DNA of 35,609 bases from Candidatus Omnitrophota bacterium (GTDB lineage Bacteria; Omnitrophota; Gorgyraeia; JABMRG01). Where the stretch lies: NCBI GenBank assembly GCA_013202935.1, contig JABMRG010000093.1, positions 1 through 35,609 on the forward strand, given 5' to 3'. The position numbers and the translations under genes were made by a program. This document shows positions 16,818-24,586 of this stretch, one piece after another (the first letter of the stretch is position 1; every line of letters starts with the position of its first letter). The notes beneath the pieces are model-generated. The model was not told the DNA's origin and searched no databases. It worked only from the letters and a program-made list of their open reading frames with translations.

Positions 16818-19413
16818 GACAAAAGTTATAATTGGAATACAAGCAATCTTTTTAGTGGGCGTGCTTATATTTGGAGGCGGATTAACCTATAACCATGCGG
16901 TTACTCCAGCAGAAAGCACAGGAGCTGTGAATATGCTCGGCCCGATTCTTAGAGGAGCGGAGCTAGAGACAGGTGACACAGCTCGATCTCTTATTGAAGC
17001 GCAAGAGCAGGCTCTGCTTACGTTTATCGGACAACTTGACAGTGGTACGCTACCTGCTGATGTAGAGCGCATTAACATACCTGACGGACAACAAGCTGCT
17101 AGAGTACAAGCAGGAGATCGTGAATTTGCTGTTACTACAGCACCTATAGCCATAGAGAACCTGCCTACAACAGAGGCATTAGCTGGCAGGGCAGCTCTTA
17201 TAAAGGCATCTGCTGCTGGCCAGGTGACATTTGGACAGGATCACGAGTTATTTATTGACCTTTATGGTCAGTATGAACGAGGCGTAAACGAACAGGGTGT
17301 AGTATCTTTAACTACCCAAGATGGGAATGGACGCGTTGATATTCTACCTGCTGCTCAAGCCCGAATTATGGGACTTACTACTCAAGGTGCAGAGGGCAGA
17401 AACATAGTATGGCTCGACAGAGGCCTTCTTAGGAGATTTGCTGACGGTGAAAGAGAACAACATATAAATGCTATTGGTGGTCTTTGGCGATTCTGGGTTC
17501 ATCCTGAAGGTGGGCCAAATGCCGTATTCTTCCCAGAGAACCTACCTGTAGCAGAGCAAGAATTTGAACAGTGGCAGACACCCGCTGGTATAGATAGTAT
17601 ACCATTTTCTGTGGTTCCAAATTCAGTGACATCTAATCAAGCCAGTTTTGCGAGTCGTGTTCAGATTGTCAATACAAAGGGTACCAGGTTTGATGTTCAG
17701 TTAGGCCGCACAGTTACAGTCTTAGAGCGAGATGCCATTGAAGAGATCTTAGGAGTTCAATTACCTGACACTGTTACTGCTTCAGCATTCAAGACAATTG
17801 ATGTACTTACAAATATGGGGCCTAAGATGAATAAAGAAGATGGCTTGCTTTCTATATGGGGCCTTAGCCAGTTTCCTACATCAGAAAATACATTTAATGG
17901 AATACCTATTTTAGAAGGTCCTGAGAATGAGCTTGGTCGCAGAGTAAGTACATACCCTTCTTTTGGTGCATTAGGGCCTGATCAGCTTGTGACCATAAAA
18001 GGTACAGATATTGTAACAGGTAAGGATGTTAGCGTACATGTCTTTAAAGGACATGGCCAACAGCGACGCAAGATGGGAGTTACACCAGCTCGCGCGTTAC
18101 AGGTCGCAGCTAACTGGTCTGCAGATACCGGGATCTTTAATCTTCTTAAATATAATAAGCCAAGAGCAGGTGTTGGCCACATAAACTCTGATTGGGGACC
18201 ACAGGAAAATCCATTTGATGGAGATGAGGTAAACTCCTTTAATGATGGTCCTGGAGATAAAGGTGAGCCACCTGTAGGAAGAGATAGCCCATTCACTGAA
18301 TTTGAAGCTTCTTCTGAAGCTAGAGAGCTTAATACTGGAGAATCTGTAAGCCTTCCCGCTATATCGATAACCTTAGAAGGCCCAGCAGAAGCTATTAACC
18401 CTGCAGCAAAAAGGAATATTTTTGTTAATTTAGCAGACTTAGAAAACGCACCATTTGTCAGAGCTTCTTCAGCTGGTGTAGAGCTTGATACAAGCTTACA
18501 ATTACCAGTTGTAGAAGAAGGAATCTCAGTTCCTGCTCCTTTTACTGTTACTGACGGCGGACTTGTTTTTCAGTCAGCAAACCGACCTATTGGTGCTGCA
18601 ATGGCGATAATTGAAGCAAAGGCAATGATAGATGAAGTAGTGAATGAGACTGAACTGGGTCAACTTGAGGCTATGTGGGACAGTGCAATAGCACAAAATA
18701 CTCAGATAGCAACCCCTGATGCAGAAGCAAATATTCGCGAGGCAGCTAACAGGAACATAAAGTTAGTAGAGCATACCAGAGCTGAGCTTGGAGGCCTAGT
18801 AAGATATGGTCAGCAGTTACAAGGCTTAGAAGGAGTCGCAGGTTACAATGTAACGCCTGTAGTTGCTCAATATAAAGATAAGGTTGTGCCTATCCTGTTT
18901 GATTCAGAATCGGTTTTTGGTGAGTTATATCAATCTGCAAGTTCTGCAACACGTGCGCAATTTGATGCTGAAGTATTGAGGAGACAAGGATGTAAGATAA
19001 TAGTAGTTAACGCAGATAATGATGGGGCCATAGAAGCTGCACTTAGAGCTAATGACGTAAAAACAGCAATAGGTATATCAAGCTCGCAAGAGCGTGCATT
19101 TAATCACCTAAGTGTTTATACGTTAAGTTGCCCGCTTGAAAAAGGGCAGATTACGGCACTCTCACTCCTTGTGATGCGTGCTAAAGTATTATGGTATTTA
19201 ACAGAGATGGGAACTGATGTCCCAGAGCCCATAAGAAGACTAGCTATACAAATGCTCTCTCCAGTAGTTACTGGAAATGATGGAGAAGCAGCTATAAGGC
19301 TGTTTCTAGCAAATCGTATAATATGGATAATCCCAGAAGCTACTGTATACTATGAAGAGGGTCAACTGGAACAGTACCTCATGCAGACTATATTAGCGCT
19401 CAGAGCCGCGTAA
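16810..19413 (+). CDS. Protein H: 867-aa N-terminally anchored protein of unknown family
   Basis: The ATG overlaps the G stop by 8 nt (ATGAATAG). One N-terminal TM segment (IIGIQAIFLVGVLIFGGG). Ala/Gly/Gln/Val/Glu-rich with no motif I recognise. Followed by a strong terminator. Confidence 0.6.
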   Translation: MNRTKVIIGIQAIFLVGVLIFGGGLTYNHAVTPAESTGAVNMLGPILRGAELETGDTARSLIEAQEQALLTFIGQLDSGTLPADVERINIPDGQQAARVQAGDREFAVTTAPIAIENLPTTEALAGRAALIKASAAGQVTFGQDHELFIDLYGQYERGVNEQGVVSLTTQDGNGRVDILPAAQARIMGLTTQGAEGRNIVWLDRGLLRRFADGEREQHINAIGGLWRFWVHPEGGPNAVFFPENLPVAEQEFEQWQTPAGIDSIPFSVVPNSVTSNQASFASRVQIVNTKGTRFDVQLGRTVTVLERDAIEEILGVQLPDTVTASAFKTIDVLTNMGPKMNKEDGLLSIWGLSQFPTSENTFNGIPILEGPENELGRRVSTYPSFGALGPDQLVTIKGTDIVTGKDVSVHVFKGHGQQRRKMGVTPARALQVAANWSADTGIFNLLKYNKPRAGVGHINSDWGPQENPFDGDEVNSFNDGPGDKGEPPVGRDSPFTEFEASSEARELNTGESVSLPAISITLEGPAEAINPAAKRNIFVNLADLENAPFVRASSAGVELDTSLQLPVVEEGISVPAPFTVTDGGLVFQSANRPIGAAMAIIEAKAMIDEVVNETELGQLEAMWDSAIAQNTQIATPDAEANIREAANRNIKLVEHTRAELGGLVRYGQQLQGLEGVAGYNVTPVVAQYKDKVVPILFDSESVFGELYQSASSATRAQFDAEVLRRQGCKIIVVNADNDGAIEAALRANDVKTAIGISSSQERAFNHLSVYTLSCPLEKGQITALSLLVMRAKVLWYLTEMGTDVPEPIRRLAIQMLSPVVTGNDGEAAIRLFLANRIIWIIPEATVYYEEGQLEQYLMQTILALRAA

Positions 19414-19442
19414 TATTCGCAGCTTGAGCAAGTTTTGCCAGG

Positions 19443-19480
19443 GGGGCGGTCCTTTAAGTAGGACCGCCCCTCATTCTTTT
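19443..19480 (+). terminator. Rho-independent terminator of the G-H unit
   Basis: Perfect 10-bp GC-rich stem GGGGCGGTCC 19443-19452 / GGACCGCCCC 19461-19470, 8-nt loop, then TCATTCTTTT. Confidence 0.85.
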
Positions 19481-19560
19481 GGGGACGTTTCCCTCGGCTT
19501 CGCCTCGGGGAACCAATCATGGAAGAAGTTCATAGAAGTGTTTGGTTTCACCTACTCATA

Positions 19561-19650
19561 GGGAACGTTTCACTCGCTCATAACCTCTTATGCAGTAAGT
19601 AGTTATAGAAAAATACTTTACACTTTTTCACGCATATGGGGACACTTTAC
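19561..19650 (-). repeat. Modular intergenic repeat, copy 2 (inverted): tail 19561-19585, box2 19618-19627, head 19637-19650
   Basis: The reverse complement carries GTAAAGTGTCCCCA ... AAAAGTGTAA ... GGTTATGAGCGAGTGAAACGTTCCC. The tail is 25/25 identical to 96-120. The head is 14/14 identical to 19676-19689. Confidence 0.85.
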
Positions 19651-19675
19651 AATAGCTTAATACATGATAAAGTAA

Positions 19676-19771
19676 GTAAAGTGTCCCCAGGCTTATTGTA
19701 AAATGTAATGGCCATGTCCATAATTTATTGCAGCTAAATAAGTTATGAGCGAGTGAAACGTCCCCTTTTTT
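19676..19771 (+). repeat. Modular intergenic repeat, copy 3: head 19676-19689, box2 19700-19708, tail 19741-19765, T-run 19766-19771
   Basis: Same box order and spacing as copy 1 (tail 23/25). It forms an imperfect palindrome with copy 2, centred near 19663. Confidence 0.85.
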
Positions 19772-19772
19772 G

Positions 19773-19801
19773 TTGACTAACCGACAGAGTTGGCTTACAA
19801 T
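19773..19801 (+). promoter_or_regulatory. Candidate promoter of the deacetylase-comEA-comEC unit (TTGACT-N17-TACAAT)
   Basis: TTGACT 19773-19778, 17-nt spacer, TACAAT 19796-19801. The ATG at 19809 lies 7 nt after the -10 box with no Shine-Dalgarno sequence, implying a leaderless or near-leaderless mRNA. Confidence 0.5.
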
Positions 19802-19808
19802 AGCTTCC

Positions 19809-20414
19809 ATGAAACAAGTAGCACTTACCTTTGATGATGGCCCGAACGGTGAGTATACCCTCCAAACCCTCCAAATTCTAAAAACCAACGATATAAAGGC
19901 AGCATTCTTCTTTCCTGCTAAGAACGTAGAGCGCCAGCCTGAAATAGCAAAAAGAACATTAGAAGAGGGCCATCTGATAGGGAACCATACCTATGACCAC
20001 CCCCATTTAAGCAGGCTTAAACCTGATGAGATACGATGGCAGGCAGAAAAAAGCGAAAATATATTCAAAGAGGTCTTAGGTATAAAACCGAAATTGTTCA
20101 GACCACCATATGGTGATTATAATGATGAAGCAAAAAGTATTTTAGAAGAGAAGAAGTACACAATAGTAGACTGGGATATGGACTGCTATTCAAGAGACTG
20201 GAGAGATATCTCTTCTGATGAGATAGTAGATATAGCTACTAAGAAAGCACAAGATGGGTCAATACTGCTGCTTCATGATGGACGAAATATAAGGGAAACT
20301 GGGGTACGCAAGAATGCGGTAGAGGCGCTTCCTGGGATTATACGCGTATTAAGGAAAAGAGGTTTTGATATAGTGAGATTGGATGAACTGTTATGCAGAA
20401 AGCAGAAAGAATAG
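19809..20414 (+). CDS. Polysaccharide deacetylase, CE4/NodB family
   Basis: I prefer the ATG at 19809 (MKQVALTFDDGP) over the TTG at 19770, which lies inside the predicted promoter. NodB motifs are present: TFDDGP, HTYDHPH, FRPPYG, LLLHD. No signal peptide. Confidence 0.85.
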   Translation: MKQVALTFDDGPNGEYTLQTLQILKTNDIKAAFFFPAKNVERQPEIAKRTLEEGHLIGNHTYDHPHLSRLKPDEIRWQAEKSENIFKEVLGIKPKLFRPPYGDYNDEAKSILEEKKYTIVDWDMDCYSRDWRDISSDEIVDIATKKAQDGSILLLHDGRNIRETGVRKNAVEALPGIIRVLRKRGFDIVRLDELLCRKQKE

Positions 20415-20755
20415 TTGTCTTAGGACTGCTTCTTATAACTATTGCAGGTGTCTCTGGTTCATGCTATAGCAAACAAAAAGGCAATAGTAGAGAAGTGGTA
20501 TCTTCTGATAAGGCAGAGGCCTTAGAAGATGCGCGAATAAGAATAGAAAAAGGAAAGATAGTAGATATAAATACTGCAAATAAGTTTACCCTTACCAGGC
20601 TCCCCGGCATAGGCCCCACTCTTGCACAAAGGATCATAAACTCCCGTCGAGAAATTGGCAGATTCAACTCCCCGCCTGAAATAATGAGAATAAAAGGTAT
20701 AGGCCCTAAAAAATTTGAATCCATAAAAAATAATATAATAGTAAATAATGAATAG
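20393..20755 (+). CDS. comEA: ComEA-family DNA-binding helix-hairpin-helix protein
   Basis: N-terminal anchor, then INTANKFTLTRLPGIGPTLAQRIINSRREIGRFNSPPEIMRIKGIGPKKFESIK (tandem HhH, G-I-G-P motifs). Overlaps the deacetylase 3' end and sits directly upstream of comEC. Confidence 0.8.
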   Translation: MQKAERIVVLGLLLITIAGVSGSCYSKQKGNSREVVSSDKAEALEDARIRIEKGKIVDINTANKFTLTRLPGIGPTLAQRIINSRREIGRFNSPPEIMRIKGIGPKKFESIKNNIIVNNE

Positions 20756-22292
20756 GCCGCTTCCCTTAGCATTTATCCTGCTTGTGGCAGGAATAATCTT
20801 TGCATACTATATAAAACCATTCTTTGTGCCAGCTGTCGCAGTTACAGCGCTGCTCGTCATACTACTTTTTGTTTTTAATAAAAGAAACAGGATAATCTTT
20901 TATGCCGTAAGCAGTGCGCTTGTATTTTTATTGGGGGTTTTAAGCCTTGTAAACTTCAACACTCTTCCGTCGAACCACATATCCAAACTCTTAAAAGATG
21001 ATAGGAGCCATCATTATATCGAGGCTGTTGTTGTATCATCTCCGGAATATTACTGGATGCGTTCAGGTAGAAGAAAAGCTTCCTTTTTTGCAGAGGCCTT
21101 AAGCTATAAAGATGATGAATTATGGATTGGGGCAAGGGGGAAGTCTTTGGTAAATATTTGGGATAACGAAAACGACATCTTATATGGTGAAAGGATCCTT
21201 CTCTTCGGCACACTAAAGACCCCTTACAAAAACAGAAAACCTGATGAGTTTAATTACGCAGAATATTTAAAGAGAAAAGGTATCTATACGATAATAGATG
21301 TAAGAAGAGATGATGATGTTGAGGGGATTAGGCCAAATAAAGCCGCCTCAATAAAAGGCCTTATCTTTGATGCAAGATCAAGAATAGAAAGCCTAATCAG
21401 GAGACATCTTAGATTTCCCGACGGAGCTATTGTAAATGCTATGCTTATCGGGAAACGTTCATATCTGACTAAGGAATTAAATGAACTTTTTATTAAAACA
21501 GGAACAGCGCATATAGTATCGGTAAGCGGGCTACATGTTGCGGTAATATCAGCTATACTCTTTTTTATATTGCGCATGATAGGAATACCCCGTAAGATAT
21601 CATGCGTATTGGTATTTGCCTTTTTAATTGTGTATGCTATCATCGCAGGCCAAAGGATACCTATCATAAGAGCGGTTATAATGATAAGCATATATCTGTT
21701 AAGCTATATTCTCGAAAGAGATTTTGATATATATTCTACGCTTTCATTGGCAGGGATTATTATCCTCATATATAATCCTATGCAGCTTTTTAGCGCAGGC
21801 TTTATTCTCTCCTTTGCTTGTGTGTTTTCAATATGTTATCTTACTCCTAAACTTTCTAATCCGCTATTTTCTGATCAGATTAGAAAATGGGGGATTGGGG
21901 CTTATGCCGTTAGAATCGTTCTTGTCTCAATAGCAGTCTATATAGGTATTATGCCGATAATAGCATACTTTTTTTCTATAATATCCCCCATTACAATAAT
22001 TGCAAATATATTTGTTGTGCCTTTGCTTGGTGTGATATTATTTCTTGCTATATTATTTCTTGTAACAACAGCTATATTACCAGCACTAGGTGTTCTTATT
22101 GGGCTCTGCTTGCACGGTATAATCTCAGTTTTAATAAAAGGCATAAGTCTCTTATCAGAGATACCACTTGGTTATTTTTATATAGAGAATATCCCACTTT
22201 ACCTGGTCGTAATATATTACATACTATTGTTTGCGGTAGCAAATAGAAGATACCTGTTAGGATTAAGGTTTTCTGATAGGACAAAACACTAG
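20748..22292 (+). CDS. comEC: ComEC/Rec2-family competence channel protein, short form (no C-terminal metallo-beta-lactamase domain)
   Basis: Polytopic membrane protein. N-terminal OB-like region (DUF4131-like) followed by a competence-domain pattern (GTAHIVSVSGLHVAVI...). 514 aa. Overlaps the comEA stop (ATGAATAG). Confidence 0.75.
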   Translation: MNRPLPLAFILLVAGIIFAYYIKPFFVPAVAVTALLVILLFVFNKRNRIIFYAVSSALVFLLGVLSLVNFNTLPSNHISKLLKDDRSHHYIEAVVVSSPEYYWMRSGRRKASFFAEALSYKDDELWIGARGKSLVNIWDNENDILYGERILLFGTLKTPYKNRKPDEFNYAEYLKRKGIYTIIDVRRDDDVEGIRPNKAASIKGLIFDARSRIESLIRRHLRFPDGAIVNAMLIGKRSYLTKELNELFIKTGTAHIVSVSGLHVAVISAILFFILRMIGIPRKISCVLVFAFLIVYAIIAGQRIPIIRAVIMISIYLLSYILERDFDIYSTLSLAGIIILIYNPMQLFSAGFILSFACVFSICYLTPKLSNPLFSDQIRKWGIGAYAVRIVLVSIAVYIGIMPIIAYFFSIISPITIIANIFVVPLLGVILFLAILFLVTTAILPALGVLIGLCLHGIISVLIKGISLLSEIPLGYFYIENIPLYLVVIYYILLFAVANRRYLLGLRFSDRTKH

Positions 22293-22410
22293 ATATTGTG
22301 ATGCTACTTTTCATGACTACTACATGATGTTATAGCAATAGGACCCATCACACTTTAGATACATGAAAAATAAACATTTTAAATATTTTTATAAAATCTA
22401 TAAATTTACC

Positions 22411-22440
22411 TTGACAGGTATCAATATATAGTGATATAAT
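22411..22440 (+). promoter_or_regulatory. Candidate promoter of the PilZ gene (TTGACA-N18-TATAAT)
   Basis: TTGACA 22411-22416 and TATAAT 22435-22440, 33 nt upstream of the ATG at 22474. Confidence 0.5.
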
Positions 22441-22473
22441 AAAACTGTTATTTAAAAGGGAGGAAGGCTAATA

Positions 22474-22842
22474 ATGCAGCCTTATGTCAAGGAGAGGAGG
22501 CGTTTTCCAAGAGTAAACGCACGTCTTCCGTTGCAATTTAAAGATATACAACGCCCCATCGAGGCATACACCGGTACGCTTACTAAGGATGTAAGCGAAG
22601 GAGGAGCGCGTTTTATATCGAGTGATTTTCTGTCAATCTTTACAAGAGTTCTTTTGGAAATGTCAGTTCCATCTTTCTCTCGTCCAATAAAGGCCATTTC
22701 GAAAGTTGCCTGGATACAGAAAATTCCACGCAGCAATCAATACAACGTTGGTATCCGGTTCATGGACATGACGGAAGAAGACAAGAAACACCTCGCCTCC
22801 TTTATAGCAAAATCACCCGCCCCGAAAACAGTTACCCCCTGA
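22474..22842 (+). CDS. Stand-alone PilZ-domain protein (c-di-GMP receptor candidate)
   Basis: GGGAGGAAGG lies before the ATG. PilZ signature RRRFPR (RxxxR) and DVSEGGARF (D/NxSxxG) at the expected spacing. Confidence 0.8.
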   Translation: MQPYVKERRRFPRVNARLPLQFKDIQRPIEAYTGTLTKDVSEGGARFISSDFLSIFTRVLLEMSVPSFSRPIKAISKVAWIQKIPRSNQYNVGIRFMDMTEEDKKHLASFIAKSPAPKTVTP

Positions 22843-22937
22843 TAATCTCAAACCATTAATAGGGGTAGAAATCAAAACTGTTTTTACTTACCTATTTCTC
22901 TCTCTAAGAATCCTTTAATTTTAGTATCTCTTTTCAA

Positions 22938-22966
22938 TTGACAAATAGTATCTATAATGATATATT
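22938..22966 (+). promoter_or_regulatory. Candidate promoter of the bamD-like/lptE/holA unit (TTGACA-N17-TATATT)
   Basis: TTGACA 22938-22943 and TATATT 22961-22966. An internal TATAAT at 22953-22958 is an alternative -10 with a short spacer. Confidence 0.4.
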
Positions 22967-23001
22967 AGCTACACTCATAAACCCCAACAAAGGCGGTTAA
23001 T

Positions 23002-23970
23002 ATGCGCGTTGCCCTAAAATATATAATAATTATTCTAATACTATTCCTTATAACGGAATCATCAGCCTATTCTTATTGGGTCTGGACACCGCAGACAAAG
23101 AAATGGGTAAACCCCAAGTATGCGCCAAAAGACACTCCAAAGGAACAGCTCATATATGCGATGGACTTCTTTGAGGCAGGTGACTACAAAAAAGCCTTGG
23201 CAGAGTTCAATAAGATAATAAAGTATTATAAGAAATCCGAAGCGGCATCAGAGGCACAATATTATATAGGCAGATCCTATGAAGAGCTGAGTAACCCATA
23301 CCATGCCTTTGAATCATACCAGGAGGTTGTAGATAACTATCCGTTTACACAAAGGACAGATGAGATAATAAAGAGGCAGTTTGATATAGGTGAAAAACTC
23401 TTCCAGGGTGAGAAGACGAAATTTATGGGGGTTAAGTTTAAGGCACTACCTGAGCAGATAACAGAAGTTTATAAGAAAGTAGTATCCAACGCCCCTTATA
23501 GCAAATATGCACCAACTGCACAGTTTCGGATAGGTGAACTTTTAAAGAGAGTAGAGTATTATGAAGAGGCAAGGGATGCGTTTCAGAAGATAGTCGATGA
23601 TTATCCTGATAGCGAATTGGCAGCTGAGGCAAAATTTCAGGTAGCCCTTTGCGCATCCGTAGCTTCTGGCAAGAGCGGTTATGACCAGCAGCTTGCTACG
23701 CAGGCGATGAGAGAATTTGAAGAGTTTGCCAAAGAGCATCCTGAAAGCGAATGGGTAAAAAAGGCAAAAGAGGAGAAGACCAAGCTTATTGAGAAGAGGG
23801 CAGACTCATATTTTAAGATCGCAAAATTCTATCAGCGGATAGGAAAATATGAAGCCGCCTATATATATTATAATAAGATATTGGATGAGTTCCCAACCGC
23901 ATCGTCAGCGCCGAAAGCTCTGGAGAAGCTAAAAGTTGTAGAAAAAAGGTTGGAGAGGCAGAGGAAATAA
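23002..23970 (+). CDS. TPR protein, BamD (YfiO)/YbgF-like outer-membrane assembly factor candidate
   Basis: Signal peptide without a lipobox Cys. Repeated TPR-like units with the ...YPxSxxAxxAxxxxGxxY... pattern (AQYYIGRSYEEL, VVDNYPFTQRTDE, IVDDYPDSELAAEAKFQVALC, ILDEFPTASSAPKALEKL). Located next to lptE. Confidence 0.5.
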   Translation: MRVALKYIIIILILFLITESSAYSYWVWTPQTKKWVNPKYAPKDTPKEQLIYAMDFFEAGDYKKALAEFNKIIKYYKKSEAASEAQYYIGRSYEELSNPYHAFESYQEVVDNYPFTQRTDEIIKRQFDIGEKLFQGEKTKFMGVKFKALPEQITEVYKKVVSNAPYSKYAPTAQFRIGELLKRVEYYEEARDAFQKIVDDYPDSELAAEAKFQVALCASVASGKSGYDQQLATQAMREFEEFAKEHPESEWVKKAKEEKTKLIEKRADSYFKIAKFYQRIGKYEAAYIYYNKILDEFPTASSAPKALEKLKVVEKRLERQRK

Positions 23971-23973
23971 GTT

Positions 23974-24537
23974 ATGAGAACAAGGCATAACTATATACTA
24001 TATACTATATACTATATACTCATCATATCATTTACGTGTACCACCACCGGCTGCGGTTATACCACAGGCTCACTCCTGCCCCCACATATAAAGAATATAT
24101 ATATTGGAAACTTTGCCAATAAGATATCTATCACAGGGGAGGTATCCTCTCAGCAGAGGTATAAGACATACAGGCCAAGACTTGAGATAGATATTACCGA
24201 AGCCATAAGAGATAAGTTTATCTTTGATGGTCACCTGCGCATCACCAGGGAAGAGAATGCTGATATTGTGATGACAGGTGAGTTAGTGGATTTTAGAAGA
24301 GAGGCTATACAGTATGGTTATGATGATTCAATAGAAAAGTACAGTATAGCCATAATAGTCGATATGAGGGTAAAGGACTTAAAGGCCGGCAAACTTATGT
24401 GGTCAGAGAATGGCTTTTCAGGAAGTGATGATTATTATACAACGGGCAGTGAGGCAAAGACCGAAGACCAGGCTGTAACTGCTGCGATAGATGACCTTGC
24501 AAGAAGGGTAGTGGAAAGAACTATTGAGGTCTGGTAA
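23974..24537 (+). CDS. lptE: LPS-assembly lipoprotein LptE
   Basis: Lipoprotein signal with Cys (..TTTGCGY), followed by GSLLPPHIKNIYIGNFAN typical of LptE/RlpB. The conserved lptE-holA gene order (as in E. coli leuS-lptE-holA) supports the call. Confidence 0.7.
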   Translation: MRTRHNYILYTIYYILIISFTCTTTGCGYTTGSLLPPHIKNIYIGNFANKISITGEVSSQQRYKTYRPRLEIDITEAIRDKFIFDGHLRITREENADIVMTGELVDFRREAIQYGYDDSIEKYSIAIIVDMRVKDLKAGKLMWSENGFSGSDDYYTTGSEAKTEDQAVTAAIDDLARRVVERTIEVW

Positions 24538-24586
24538 AAACGCTAACCGGATATTAGAGTTTGTATATAGTATATAGTAAAAACAG

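Noticed and set aside
16810-19413. Higher GC and different amino-acid composition of H as evidence for recent horizontal transfer
   Set aside because: A, B and D are also visibly more GC-rich than the Lys/Ile/Asn-rich G and the housekeeping membrane proteins. The shift can be explained by Ala/Gly-rich protein composition. H is translationally coupled to G. Proper statistics are needed, so it is not reported as a separate finding.
19481-19771. Possible CRISPR array, considered because of the recurring GTGTCCCCA / GAAACGTTCCC boxes
   Set aside because: The boxes occur in mixed orientation with irregular spacing and are of different kinds (head, box2, tail). There are only 3-4 units, no cas genes, and no uniform repeat-spacer periodicity.
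1-19771. Integrated mobile element or prophage interpretation of the repeat-bracketed block
   Set aside because: There are no integrase, transposase, relaxase or phage genes anywhere in the window. The tRNA-Pro is not adjacent to either boundary. The repeats may be generic intergenic elements. I kept it only as a recombination-cassette hypothesis in the findings.
19628-19888. 86-aa minus-strand ORF spanning the repeat region and the 5' end of the deacetylase gene
   Set aside because: It is the read-through translation of repeat copy 3 plus antisense of a well-supported CE4 gene. It has no SD and no domain.
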